The notes below the pieces were generated by a model. It saw nothing but the letters and a program-made list of their open reading frames with translations, made no database searches and was not told where the DNA came from. A stretch of DNA of 64,000 bases from Candidatus Saccharimonadia bacterium (GTDB lineage Bacteria > Patescibacteriota > Saccharimonadia > UBA4664), in NCBI GenBank assembly GCA_035544015.1, contig DATKIP010000093.1:281454-345453 (forward strand), in the 5' to 3' direction. Positions 9,790 to 18,527 of this stretch are shown piece by piece. A program made the position numbers and the translations under genes. The number at the start of each line of letters is the position of its first letter. Positions within the stretch are counted from its first letter, which is position 1.

Positions 9790-10539
9790 ATGCTATGTGC
9801 GCGCCCGATCAAGTCCGTTTACAGCCCAACGGTACCCCGCATAACCGTCGGATGGCAGGGCGTCATCAACGACCGAACTGTCGTAGCCGTCGACCCCCAA
9901 ACGGGGCAGGTCATCACCGCCAAAGAACCCGGCGGGCAATGGCTGCTCGAGTGCCGGTCCTGGGTAGACGATGGGGGAAAGATCCTGCTCCACGTTCCGG
10001 GATACGACAAGGCATACCCCTGGTCAAACCGCCTCATATCCCTCTACCTGCGCGAGGTCCTACGCGGTCGGAACATCGACCTCGTCCGTGTCACAGACAG
10101 CCCCAAGCCTATGGCCACCAATGCCAGGTTCTCGCTGCGTCCCGGCGTGGGTTACGACTCCAGCCCGTTCAGCTGGGTGACCACCGCCGCCCTCGACACC
10201 GCCGGCAGCCTCTACCCAAACCCCGGCGCCTACGACCCCCGGCGCCTACGCATGACCGGCGTCATCGAGTCACCCAAGGGCATCACCACCAGCTTCCCGG
10301 AAGACGCATGGGTCGGCCACAGACTGCGGTTCCCCAGCGGCGTCGAAATGATGGTTCGCAAGCGCACCGAGCGCTGCGGACTCCCCACCCGATCTCAAGC
10401 CCAGCACGGACTCACCGCCGACGTCGGCATGCTCGCCGCTCTCACCAAGCATCACGCCAAGGCCCTGGGCGTCTACTGCTCGCTGGTCGAGCCGGGCATG
10501 GGTGTCATCGAGGAAGGAGATGAGATCGAACTCATCTAG
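9790..10539 (+). CDS. MOSC-domain protein, divergent (start may be ATC 9772)
   Basis: PIKS and NDR in the N-terminal barrel, RLRM, EDAWVG, TERC and GVY...EPG...EGD. Confidence 0.75.
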   Translation: MLCARPIKSVYSPTVPRITVGWQGVINDRTVVAVDPQTGQVITAKEPGGQWLLECRSWVDDGGKILLHVPGYDKAYPWSNRLISLYLREVLRGRNIDLVRVTDSPKPMATNARFSLRPGVGYDSSPFSWVTTAALDTAGSLYPNPGAYDPRRLRMTGVIESPKGITTSFPEDAWVGHRLRFPSGVEMMVRKRTERCGLPTRSQAQHGLTADVGMLAALTKHHAKALGVYCSLVEPGMGVIEEGDEIELI

Positions 10540-10699
10540 TCAGCGCTCTCGTCTCACGAGACGCTTCACGCCCTGCGGCGTGGCGGAAACAAACCGCCCG
10601 TGGCGGGGCGTTTTCGCGTTTCGCGTTCACCTGTTAATATTTAAAGGTAGATCAAGTTAACGCCACTCCTCCCCAGCAGAGTAGAAGGACAACCATGCC

Positions 10700-11308
10700 A
10701 TGGCGGTTAAAGCGGTTAAAGTTGATGCCGATGAACTATGGCATGTAGCTTGGACATACATAAAGACCGTTGTAGACACCGTGCGACACCCCTTTTTGAT
10801 CCTCGACGAAAATCTCGTGGTAATCTCGGCCAATAAAACCTTTTACACCATGTTTGAGGTCACGCAGAACCAAACCGAGGGCAAAAAGGTCTACGACCTG
10901 GGCAACGGCGAATGGAGTGCCCCCAAACTGAGAATTCTTTTGGAGGACATCCTGCCCAAAAACACCTTCTTCGAGGACTTTAAGGTTGACCACGAATTCC
11001 CCAAAATAGGCCGCAAGGTCATGATGCTCAACGCCCGCAGAGTCTATACGACAGACGAAGAACGACCGATCATACTCCTCGCCATGGAAGACCTCACCCG
11101 GCAAAGACAGCTAGAAGAGCAGTTGAAGGCCTATACCAAAAGCCTTACCCGTGAAGTCGCCAAACGAACAGCCCAGCTAGAATTTCGCGTACGCGAACTA
11201 GAAAAATTAAACCGAACCATAACACGACGCGAGAAAGACATGCAGCTATTTAAAAAAGAGCTGGAAGAGCTTAAAGCCTCTCGGTTAAGCAATTCCGACC
11301 CAGCCTAA
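10700..11308 (+). CDS. Stand-alone PAS-domain protein with C-terminal coiled coil
   Basis: VDTVRHPFLILD..L.V..AN..FY, YDLGNGEW and MLNARR match CheR/kinase-associated PAS. Ends in a coiled coil with no output domain. Confidence 0.8.
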   Translation: MAVKAVKVDADELWHVAWTYIKTVVDTVRHPFLILDENLVVISANKTFYTMFEVTQNQTEGKKVYDLGNGEWSAPKLRILLEDILPKNTFFEDFKVDHEFPKIGRKVMMLNARRVYTTDEERPIILLAMEDLTRQRQLEEQLKAYTKSLTREVAKRTAQLEFRVRELEKLNRTITRREKDMQLFKKELEELKASRLSNSDPA

Positions 11309-11395
11309 GGATATTTGCCAGCGCAATCCCTTTGAAGGAATTGGCAAACCAGAACCATAGTCACAGACGCTAGAACTGCGATTCGATCGGCAACC

Positions 11396-11650
11396 CTACC
11401 TATAAACTTCCCGACGATTACCAATCTTAATAATCTCAACCACTAACTGTTGATCCATGACCGAGTATACAACCCGATAGTCGCCAATCCTGATCCGCCA
11501 TGCATCAACACCCGTCATCTTCTTTACGCCATGCGGTCTGGGATCGTGAGTTAGGGAATCAATCAGTTCCGAAACCTGCTTGCGAACAGAAATAGGTAAC
11601 TTACGTAGCTCCCTAGCGGCACTAGCCCGAAAGGTTACTGAATAGAGCAT
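11396..11650 (-). CDS. relE: RelE/ParE family type II toxin
   Basis: 84 aa, basic. WRIRIGDYRVVY and GNRREVY. Confidence 0.9.
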   Translation of the reverse strand: MLYSVTFRASAARELRKLPISVRKQVSELIDSLTHDPRPHGVKKMTGVDAWRIRIGDYRVVYSVMDQQLVVEIIKIGNRREVYR

Positions 11651-11653
11651 CTA

Positions 11654-11884
11654 CTAAAGTAGTCCGTCTCGCATTAAATCTGCTTTAACTTTATCCCATG
11701 CAAGCAATGGCTCGGCCTTGCGTGCATTAATAGTTGCCACATCCTCTGCATCTTCCAGCAGCTCAGCGAGTTGATCATTGATCAGCTCTGAAATTGATTT
11801 ATTTTGTTCAACCGCCTCATGTTGCAGATATTTCTTGACATAGGGGTTTAAATAAACGGTTGTTCGCTCCGTGAGGGTAGCCAT
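11654..11884 (-). CDS. Antitoxin, RHH/CopG-like
   Basis: RTTVYL strand plus two helices and an acidic EDAED tail, directly upstream of relE. Confidence 0.85.
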   Translation of the reverse strand: MATLTERTTVYLNPYVKKYLQHEAVEQNKSISELINDQLAELLEDAEDVATINARKAEPLLAWDKVKADLMRDGLL

Positions 11885-11906
11885 ATCGCTCTCCTTATTT
11901 AGCCTT

Positions 11907-11943
11907 ATTCTAATGCAACAACGTCATAACGTCAAGACGTTGC
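11907..11943 (-). promoter_or_regulatory. TA promoter with GACGTT operator repeats
   Basis: TTGACG (11935-11930), 17 nt, TAGAAT (11912-11907). AACGTC/GACGTT repeats overlap the -35. Confidence 0.75.
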
Positions 11944-11965
11944 AAATAACTCGTTTTCTATGCCA

Positions 11966-12388
11966 CTAGAACTCGCGGTTATCCTCTGAGATTTCAACCA
12001 AAATACCGTCTGGATCAGCCACAAAGAAATAACGAGGGCCAGTTCGGCCTTGAGTAACCTTGACATCAGAGGCGACCACAGCCTTAGCAGCCAAGTCCTC
12101 CCGCGCTGCCTCGATTGAATCTACCTTCAATCCAAAATGTTTTGTGCCAATGACGGGAAGATCCGTTGAGGTCGCATGTATGAAATCCGGAGCAGACAGG
12201 GGAGCAGCATAACAAAACAATTCTAAGATAAACTCACCATTACGAAGGTGCGTTATGCTCAAAGTCTTGTCCTCGGCCTCCCAAAGATGAACTTGCTCGA
12301 ACTCAAGTAATTTATAAAAATCTACAGATTTTTCTCTGTTTGTAACACTGATGGCAACGTGCGTGGATTGAATACATGTAAATATCAT
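11966..12388 (-). CDS. VOC/glyoxalase family protein (possible 1-nt frameshift near the 5' end)
   Basis: HVAISV, LELF, HFGLKV and FFVADPDGILVE motifs. Confidence 0.85.
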   Translation of the reverse strand: MIFTCIQSTHVAISVTNREKSVDFYKLLEFEQVHLWEAEDKTLSITHLRNGEFILELFCYAAPLSAPDFIHATSTDLPVIGTKHFGLKVDSIEAAREDLAAKAVVASDVKVTQGRTGPRYFFVADPDGILVEISEDNREF

Positions 12389-12398
12389 ACCAAACGCA

Positions 12399-12422
12399 AT
12401 AACGACCCAACCGGGTCGTTAT
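12399..12422 (-). terminator. Hairpin downstream of the tRNA
   Basis: 10-bp stem ATAACGACCC/GGGTCGTTAT. Confidence 0.6.
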
Positions 12423-12435
12423 ACGCAATGATTCT

Positions 12436-12521
12436 TGGTACCGCTGGTCGGACTCGAACCGACATGACCTTGCGATCGAGGGATTTTGAGTCCCTTGTGT
12501 CTACCATTCCACCACAGCGGC
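12436..12521 (-). tRNA. tRNA-Leu(CAA)
   Basis: GCCGCTG acceptor, anticodon arm AGGGA-CT-CAA-AA-TCCCT, long variable arm, GGTTCGAGTCC T-arm, encoded CCA. Confidence 0.96.
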
Positions 12522-12627
12522 TTATTGTAAAAAGAGATGTTTATGTTAAAATATTAGATCGAACAATGATCGCGCTTGGTAATAGCACGGCACTCACGAT
12601 ACCATAGAAGCTATAAAGCAGACAATT

Positions 12628-13707
12628 ATGGCCGACCCCTCCGACACCCTCAATATTGGCTCGCTGCGCCTGCGCAAGGAATACCCTATCGCGCAAACGC
12701 AGATTCAACGCGACCCCGAAAGCGCTAAGCACCCCGCTGCAGCCGCAGCCGCCCGCGCGCGCATCGCCGCGCTGCCCGAATTCGCCGCGCTGTCCGAACT
12801 GCACCCAGCAGTAGCCGGACCCATGCTCGCAACACCCGCGCCCACAGCCGACCTAGTCACGAGCAAATCCAAACTAGCCGACGAAGCCCGCACCAAGCCC
12901 CTCGTGCGCGGCCGGCGCTTGCCCTCGGCCGTCATTCCATTTCTCACGGCCGCCGGCGTGTTCTTGTTGGTGCTGTTACTCTTCAAAGCCCCGGTCATCA
13001 TCAACCAAATCAACTATTCGCTCTCAAACAAACCAGCCGCACCCGTCACGACCACCAATCCCGCCGCCGACATCATCCCCGCCGAAAATACCCTCACCAT
13101 AGCCAAAATCGGCGTTCACTCGCCCGTGATCTACGAGCCCAGCATCCAAGAAGCCGCCATCCAGCGAGCACTGCAAGACGGCGTGGTGCACTACGGCAAC
13201 ACCGCGCTACCCGGCGCCAACGGCAATGTTGCCATCTTTGGCCACTCATCAAACGACTGGTGGGAGCCGGGCGACCACAAATTCGAATTCGTGCTGCTCG
13301 ATAAACTCACCGTGGGCGATCAAGTAAGCCTCGATTATCAATCCAAGCGTTACATTTACGAGGTCACCGGCGCCCGGGTAGTAGAACCCACCGAGGTGAG
13401 CGTGCTCAACCCCACCGCCACCCCCACGCTCACGCTCATCACCTGCTCACCGCCCGGCACCTCACTGCGCCGGCTCGTAGTCACGGCCAAGCAAATCAAC
13501 CCCGACCCCACCAAAACCGCGGTGGCCGCCACCACCCCCGCCGCTCAGGCGACGCCGGCCACGCTCACCAGCTCATCGCCCGGCTTCCTCGACCAGCTCG
13601 TACAAGCCTGGAAGGGAATTTTCTCAGGACTGCCGTCGCTCTTTGGCGGCGGATCGTCACCCTCGCCGTCGCCCGCTCCCGCCGGTCAGATTCCCAACGT
13701 CAAGTAA
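12628..13707 (+). CDS. Sortase
   Basis: TM anchor, FGHSS and TLITC...R catalytic motif. Confidence 0.9.
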   Translation: MADPSDTLNIGSLRLRKEYPIAQTQIQRDPESAKHPAAAAAARARIAALPEFAALSELHPAVAGPMLATPAPTADLVTSKSKLADEARTKPLVRGRRLPSAVIPFLTAAGVFLLVLLLFKAPVIINQINYSLSNKPAAPVTTTNPAADIIPAENTLTIAKIGVHSPVIYEPSIQEAAIQRALQDGVVHYGNTALPGANGNVAIFGHSSNDWWEPGDHKFEFVLLDKLTVGDQVSLDYQSKRYIYEVTGARVVEPTEVSVLNPTATPTLTLITCSPPGTSLRRLVVTAKQINPDPTKTAVAATTPAAQATPATLTSSSPGFLDQLVQAWKGIFSGLPSLFGGGSSPSPSPAPAGQIPNVK

Positions 13708-13714
13708 GCCAGCG

Positions 13715-15127
13715 CTAGCGAATCTGCAACTGCAGCACCCTTACGCCGGTATCGGTCGGTCGAAACACAATCACGCCCCGAGTATCAGCATCACCATACG
13801 CCGGCAGCACCCCATACCCTCGACCCAAATCTACCTGATTCGTACCATCAAAATCGCTCCAATACAGCTCGCCGTCTCGATTTGACAGCAAATGCTCATC
13901 GTCAAACCACGTCACAGCGCTCAAGGTTCCGCGAGCCGCCGGGGCAGGGTATAGCACAAACGAATGCTCCAGCGTCGACCGCTCCAAGTCGTACACGCTC
14001 GAACCCGCCGCCGAATTCAGCGCCAAAAAACGGCCGTTTTTGGGCGAAAAACTCACACTCACAATCCCCTGAGCCACCACCTTGGCCACCGGAGTATCGC
14101 TAAATATCCCCGAGTACAAGGTCGCCACGCCGGTTTTGGCCGGCACCACGGCCAACTCGTCTTCATTGTTGTAACGAGAAAGCGCCACGCTATAGCTATC
14201 GCTTTCCACCAACGCCGATATCACTTGTTGGCGCTTGCCCCGGCTATCGAGGCTCCACAGCGACCGGCCGAGATCAGTTTGCTGCACATACAGCACCCGG
14301 TCGGGCTGCACCCAAAACTGACTAACCTTATCTGCCAGCACGCCCGATACCGCCGCAGCGTCCATATCGAGCCGCCGCAAACCATCCGGCGACACCCAAT
14401 ACATCTGCCGCCAGTTTGAGCCCGAAAAATGCAGCCCGTTAAAGTTAAATCCGTAGGTCTGAGTCAAATTAACCGGCTCACCACCGCCAGCCGCCGCCAA
14501 GCGGTGCGTCAACACGCCCCCCACCTCGCTCACGATCAACAAATGCGACGCATCATCCGACCACGCCACATCATGCAACACCTCCGCACCCACCGGCGCC
14601 ACGCCTTCGCTGGCCGCCACCGCCGGCTTAGCCGAATATAACTTCACGAGCTTCTTGTTACCCAGATCAAGCGTATAGACCGCGGCGTCCGTCCCCCCCA
14701 CCACGTAGGCCAGATGGCGATGATCCTTCGAAATCGTCTGAGCCGTAATTTGCGTCTTCGCATCGAGCTCGGTCACAACTGGCTTTTTAGGCACCATAAT
14801 GACGTAGTCAGCCAGCGCCACCCGCCCCGCCGTGACCATTAATTTCTTTTCCCAAGGCCAAAAACCATCTTTCTCGAGCCGGAAAATATGATCCCCGATA
14901 CTATACGCCGCCTGGTAGGGCGTACGCTTACCAAGTACACGACCATCAGCCGTCACCACAATACCGCCGGGCAGCGAATCGATAATAACGTGGCCTTTTT
15001 GAATTATGCGATGAGTCTTGAAGTCGTAAGTATAGTCATTACCATAAGCCACAAGACCTACGGTGAACCCGACAATCGCGAGCGCAACCAAAAGATAACC
15101 AAAGATAGATAAGATTCGACGTAGCAT
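13715..15127 (-). CDS. PEGA-domain membrane-anchored protein with beta-propeller-like C-terminus
   Basis: N-terminal TM then IDSLPGG...DG...TP...LEKDGFWPW. Start 15127, since the longer track ORF is antisense to mreB. Confidence 0.75.
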   Translation of the reverse strand: MLRRILSIFGYLLVALAIVGFTVGLVAYGNDYTYDFKTHRIIQKGHVIIDSLPGGIVVTADGRVLGKRTPYQAAYSIGDHIFRLEKDGFWPWEKKLMVTAGRVALADYVIMVPKKPVVTELDAKTQITAQTISKDHRHLAYVVGGTDAAVYTLDLGNKKLVKLYSAKPAVAASEGVAPVGAEVLHDVAWSDDASHLLIVSEVGGVLTHRLAAAGGGEPVNLTQTYGFNFNGLHFSGSNWRQMYWVSPDGLRRLDMDAAAVSGVLADKVSQFWVQPDRVLYVQQTDLGRSLWSLDSRGKRQQVISALVESDSYSVALSRYNNEDELAVVPAKTGVATLYSGIFSDTPVAKVVAQGIVSVSFSPKNGRFLALNSAAGSSVYDLERSTLEHSFVLYPAPAARGTLSAVTWFDDEHLLSNRDGELYWSDFDGTNQVDLGRGYGVLPAYGDADTRGVIVFRPTDTGVRVLQLQIR

Positions 15128-15154
15128 GGACTTGGCCCATAGTATACTACACAC

Positions 15155-16159
15155 ATGTTCTCTAAGCGCATTGCAATCGATTTGGGCACCGCCAACATTC
15201 TGGTATACGTACCCAAGCGCGGCATTGTCATTAATGAACCGAGCGTGGTGGCCATCGACGACCACAATAAAATCGTGGCCATCGGCGCCGAAGCCAAAGA
15301 AATGCTCGGCCGCACGCCCGACAGCATCACAGCCTCGCGGCCCCTGCGCGACGGCGTGATCGCCGATTATCGCATCACCCAAGCCATGATCCGCCACTAC
15401 ATCGGCAAGGTCACCGGCGGGTTCCGTCTCTCGCGCCCGGATGTGATGGTGTGCGTACCCGCCGGCGCCACCTCCACCGAACGCCGCGCCGTCATCGACG
15501 CCACCCTGGCCGCCGGCGCCCGCGCCGCCTACATCATCCGCGAGCCTGTAGCCGCGGCCATCGGCGCCGGCATCCCCATCGCGAGCGCGGCCGGCAACAT
15601 GGTGGTCGACATCGGCGGCGGCACCACCGAAATCGCCATCCTGAGCCTCGGCGGCGTCGTAGCCCAGCACAGCATTCGCGTGGGCGGCAACCGCCTGGAC
15701 AACGCCATCGCCGAATACATTCGCCGCACCTACGGCCTCGCCATCGGCGACCGCACCGCCGAAATCATCAAAATGCAGCTCGGCACGGCGCTCAAACTCA
15801 CCCGCGACAAAACCATGGAAATCCGGGGCCGCGACATCATCCAGGGCCTGCCCAAAACCATCACCATCCGCGCCAACGAAATTTCCGGCGCGCTCCAAGA
15901 CGAGCTTGAGAAAATTATTCAGGCCATTCGGGTGGTACTCGAGCAAACCCCACCCGAACTTAGCTCCGACATCATTGACCGCGGCATGGTGCTCACCGGC
16001 GGGGGAGCGCTCCTGCAAAATCTCGACAAAATGCTCACCCAAGTTACCGGCGTGCCTTGCGTAGTGGGGGAGGAGCCTTTGCTCTGCGTGGCCCGCGGCA
16101 CCGGTATCGCACTCGACAATCTCGAGGAGTACAAACGCAGCTTGGTCGCGGTTAAATAA
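15155..16159 (+). CDS. mreB: Rod shape-determining actin-like ATPase MreB
   Basis: IDLGTAN, EPSVVA, DIGGGTT, LTGGGALL. Confidence 0.97.
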   Translation: MFSKRIAIDLGTANILVYVPKRGIVINEPSVVAIDDHNKIVAIGAEAKEMLGRTPDSITASRPLRDGVIADYRITQAMIRHYIGKVTGGFRLSRPDVMVCVPAGATSTERRAVIDATLAAGARAAYIIREPVAAAIGAGIPIASAAGNMVVDIGGGTTEIAILSLGGVVAQHSIRVGGNRLDNAIAEYIRRTYGLAIGDRTAEIIKMQLGTALKLTRDKTMEIRGRDIIQGLPKTITIRANEISGALQDELEKIIQAIRVVLEQTPPELSSDIIDRGMVLTGGGALLQNLDKMLTQVTGVPCVVGEEPLLCVARGTGIALDNLEEYKRSLVAVK

Positions 16160-16195
16160 TTCAACACAGGTGACCGACCACGCCTCTCCGGCTGA

Positions 16196-16285
16196 TATAA
16201 CGGAATCCGAGGATTATCACCGACTCGATGCATTGCTAGCCTCAAATTTAGCCACACCAGCTATAATTCCTCGGATTCCGTTATA
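16196..16285. repeat. 18-bp perfect inverted repeat with 54-nt spacer (MITE-like)
   Basis: TATAACGGAATCCGAGGA at 16196-16213 and its reverse complement at 16268-16285. Confidence 0.8.
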
Positions 16286-16341
16286 CCTTCTCAGCGGACA
16301 CATCCCACCCAACCTCGCCTGAAATTCTGTATAATCAAGCC

Positions 16342-17622
16342 ATGAAACTCAATCAACAGATTGAAAAATTCATCCAAACCGGTCTGCTCGTCATCGTCGC
16401 CGTGATGCCGTTTCACGCCTTTTTGAGCGTGTGGCTCGGCCACCTGTTTGGCCACCAGGCCGTCATTCAAGGCTGGAAAGAGGCGCTGCTGCTCATCCTG
16501 GCAGTCGCCGCCCTAGCGCTCCTCATCCGCGAACCCGCCCGCCTCCAGCGTCTGCGCCAGCCCTGGATCCTCGCCGCCCTCGCCTTCGGAGCCGTGGCCC
16601 TTATCGTCACCGCCCTCACTCGCCCCGTCGCCGAGCTAGCCGCCTTTGGCGCCAAAACCGATCTCGAATTCCTTCTCGCCGGCATCATTGCCGCCACTAT
16701 CGCCACCCGCACCCTGCTCGTGCGCCTGATCACGATCATTCTCATCGGCTGCGCCGTTGTCGCCGGCTATGACCTGCTGCAAATTTTCGTCCTGCCGGCC
16801 GATTTTCTCACCCATTTCGGCTACGGGCCAGGCACCATCGTGCCCTACCAGCACATCGCCATCGGCACCTCGGCGCTCCGCTTCCCTAGCACCCTCGGCG
16901 GCCCCAACCAACTCGGCACATACCTCATTATCCCGCTATGTCTGAGCCTCGCCCTGTTCACGCGTCAGCGCCGTTGGTGGCAGCTAGCGCTGTTTGCCGC
17001 TAGCCTCATCAGCCTCATCTGGACCTTCTCGCGCGGCGCCTGGATCGGTGCCGGCGTCGCCATAATCATCACCCTCATCGCCAGTCTCCCCGCTCGCCTG
17101 CGCCGCACCGCCACCTTCGCCGTCGCCATCGTGATTGCCGGCAGCCTCCTAGCGCTACCAATCATTCTCACCCGCGACGGCCAGCTCCAGTACTTGCTCC
17201 TCCACGCTAGCGTCGCCACCCATAGCCAAGCCAATCTCTCCGATTCGCAACACGCCGCCTCCCTGCAGGACGGCTACCAGGCCCTCATCGCGCGTCCGTT
17301 CGGCCACGGCCTCGGTACCGCCGGACCCGCCACCTTCCACATTGGCCCACCCCACATCATCGAGGATTACTACCTCCAAGTCGGGTACGAAACCGGCCTG
17401 GTCGGGCTCGGCGTCTTCACAGCCGCACTCGGCCTCCTCTTGATGGCATTGTGGCGCACCAGCGCAGCTCACGCGCTCGCCATTCCGCTGGCAGCCGCCA
17501 TAGGCGGCATTTGCCTCGTAGCCATCGTGCTGCCGGCCTGGGCCGACTCCACCACCGCCCTCATCGCTTGGATCGCCGCCGGCACTGCCGCCAGCGTCAC
17601 CCCCAAGGCGCGTCATGTCTAA
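16342..17622 (+). CDS. O-antigen ligase / Wzy-like membrane protein
   Basis: About 12 TM segments. RFPSTLGGPN, TFSRGAW, PFGHGLG, ETGLVG. Confidence 0.85.
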   Translation: MKLNQQIEKFIQTGLLVIVAVMPFHAFLSVWLGHLFGHQAVIQGWKEALLLILAVAALALLIREPARLQRLRQPWILAALAFGAVALIVTALTRPVAELAAFGAKTDLEFLLAGIIAATIATRTLLVRLITIILIGCAVVAGYDLLQIFVLPADFLTHFGYGPGTIVPYQHIAIGTSALRFPSTLGGPNQLGTYLIIPLCLSLALFTRQRRWWQLALFAASLISLIWTFSRGAWIGAGVAIIITLIASLPARLRRTATFAVAIVIAGSLLALPIILTRDGQLQYLLLHASVATHSQANLSDSQHAASLQDGYQALIARPFGHGLGTAGPATFHIGPPHIIEDYYLQVGYETGLVGLGVFTAALGLLLMALWRTSAAHALAIPLAAAIGGICLVAIVLPAWADSTTALIAWIAAGTAASVTPKARHV

Positions 17623-18463
17623 ACAACGCACCTACGACCGCGTCACGCTCCTCGGAGTAGAAGTCGATGTAATAACCCTTGCCGAAGCCACAAACTACCT
17701 CATCGCCACCGCCGCCGATCCGCGTACGCCAGCCGGCTACGTCATCAAACCCTACGTGGAGTTCCTCGACCGCGCGTCCACCAACCCCAAACTCGCCGCG
17801 CTCCTCAACGATGCCGAACTCTCGGTAGCCGACGGCGTGGCCGTGGTGTGGGCAGCCCACTACCTGTACGCCGGCCCGCGCACATTAGCACGATTTTTGC
17901 TTACCCTAAGCCAAATCATCGCCGCACCCGCCGAACTCTGCTGGCCCCTGCCCGAACGCGCTGCCGGCACCAATTTTACCTGGCAACTTCTGCGCACAGC
18001 TGCCGAAAAACAGCTTCGCGTAGCCCTTATCGGCAAAGAAACCGCCGCCGATATCGGCGTAGTGGCCAGTACCATTACCGCGGCCCTACCCAGCATCACG
18101 ATCGTGAGCACTATTCCCGGCCGCGACCCCAATGCCCCCCGCGGCCACGTCACCCCGTCATGGACCGACGCCACCGCCCGACAGCTGCTCGAAACCAAAC
18201 CTGACCTCATCCTGGTAGGCATGGGGTTCCCGCTCCAAGAGCACGTCTGCGCCGATCTCGTCACCCGCCTCCCTCACGGCCTGCTCATCGGCGAAGGCGG
18301 CACCTTCGATTACGAGAGTTTTGGCGGTCCCAAGCGCAAAGCACCACCCGCCATTCAGCGCATCGGGCTAGAGTGGCTCTGGCGGCTAGCCCTCGAACCC
18401 ACCCGCCTGCGCCGCCAATTCGCCATTCCCCGGTTTATCGCCAAGGTCCGCCGGACGCACTAA
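17615..18463 (+). CDS. WecB/TagA/CpsF family glycosyltransferase
   Basis: ADG..VVW, VGMGFPLQE, GGTFD, GLEWLWRL..EP.R. Confidence 0.92.
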   Translation: MSKQRTYDRVTLLGVEVDVITLAEATNYLIATAADPRTPAGYVIKPYVEFLDRASTNPKLAALLNDAELSVADGVAVVWAAHYLYAGPRTLARFLLTLSQIIAAPAELCWPLPERAAGTNFTWQLLRTAAEKQLRVALIGKETAADIGVVASTITAALPSITIVSTIPGRDPNAPRGHVTPSWTDATARQLLETKPDLILVGMGFPLQEHVCADLVTRLPHGLLIGEGGTFDYESFGGPKRKAPPAIQRIGLEWLWRLALEPTRLRRQFAIPRFIAKVRRTH

Positions 18464-18527
18464 AAACCTATTCCAAGCACAGGCATTGTGTTGTAACATA
18501 AGCACAATAAACAAGAGCGAAGCGCGC

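Noticed and set aside
7130-10620. Integron attC sites after orphan genes
   Set aside because: Some stops read TAAC, but there is no matching GTTRRRY box at the hairpin ends and no integrase. The genes have their own promoters.
16160-16320. SRP RNA or 6S RNA
   Set aside because: It lacks the SRP GGAA-loop motif and is too short and too perfectly paired for 6S.
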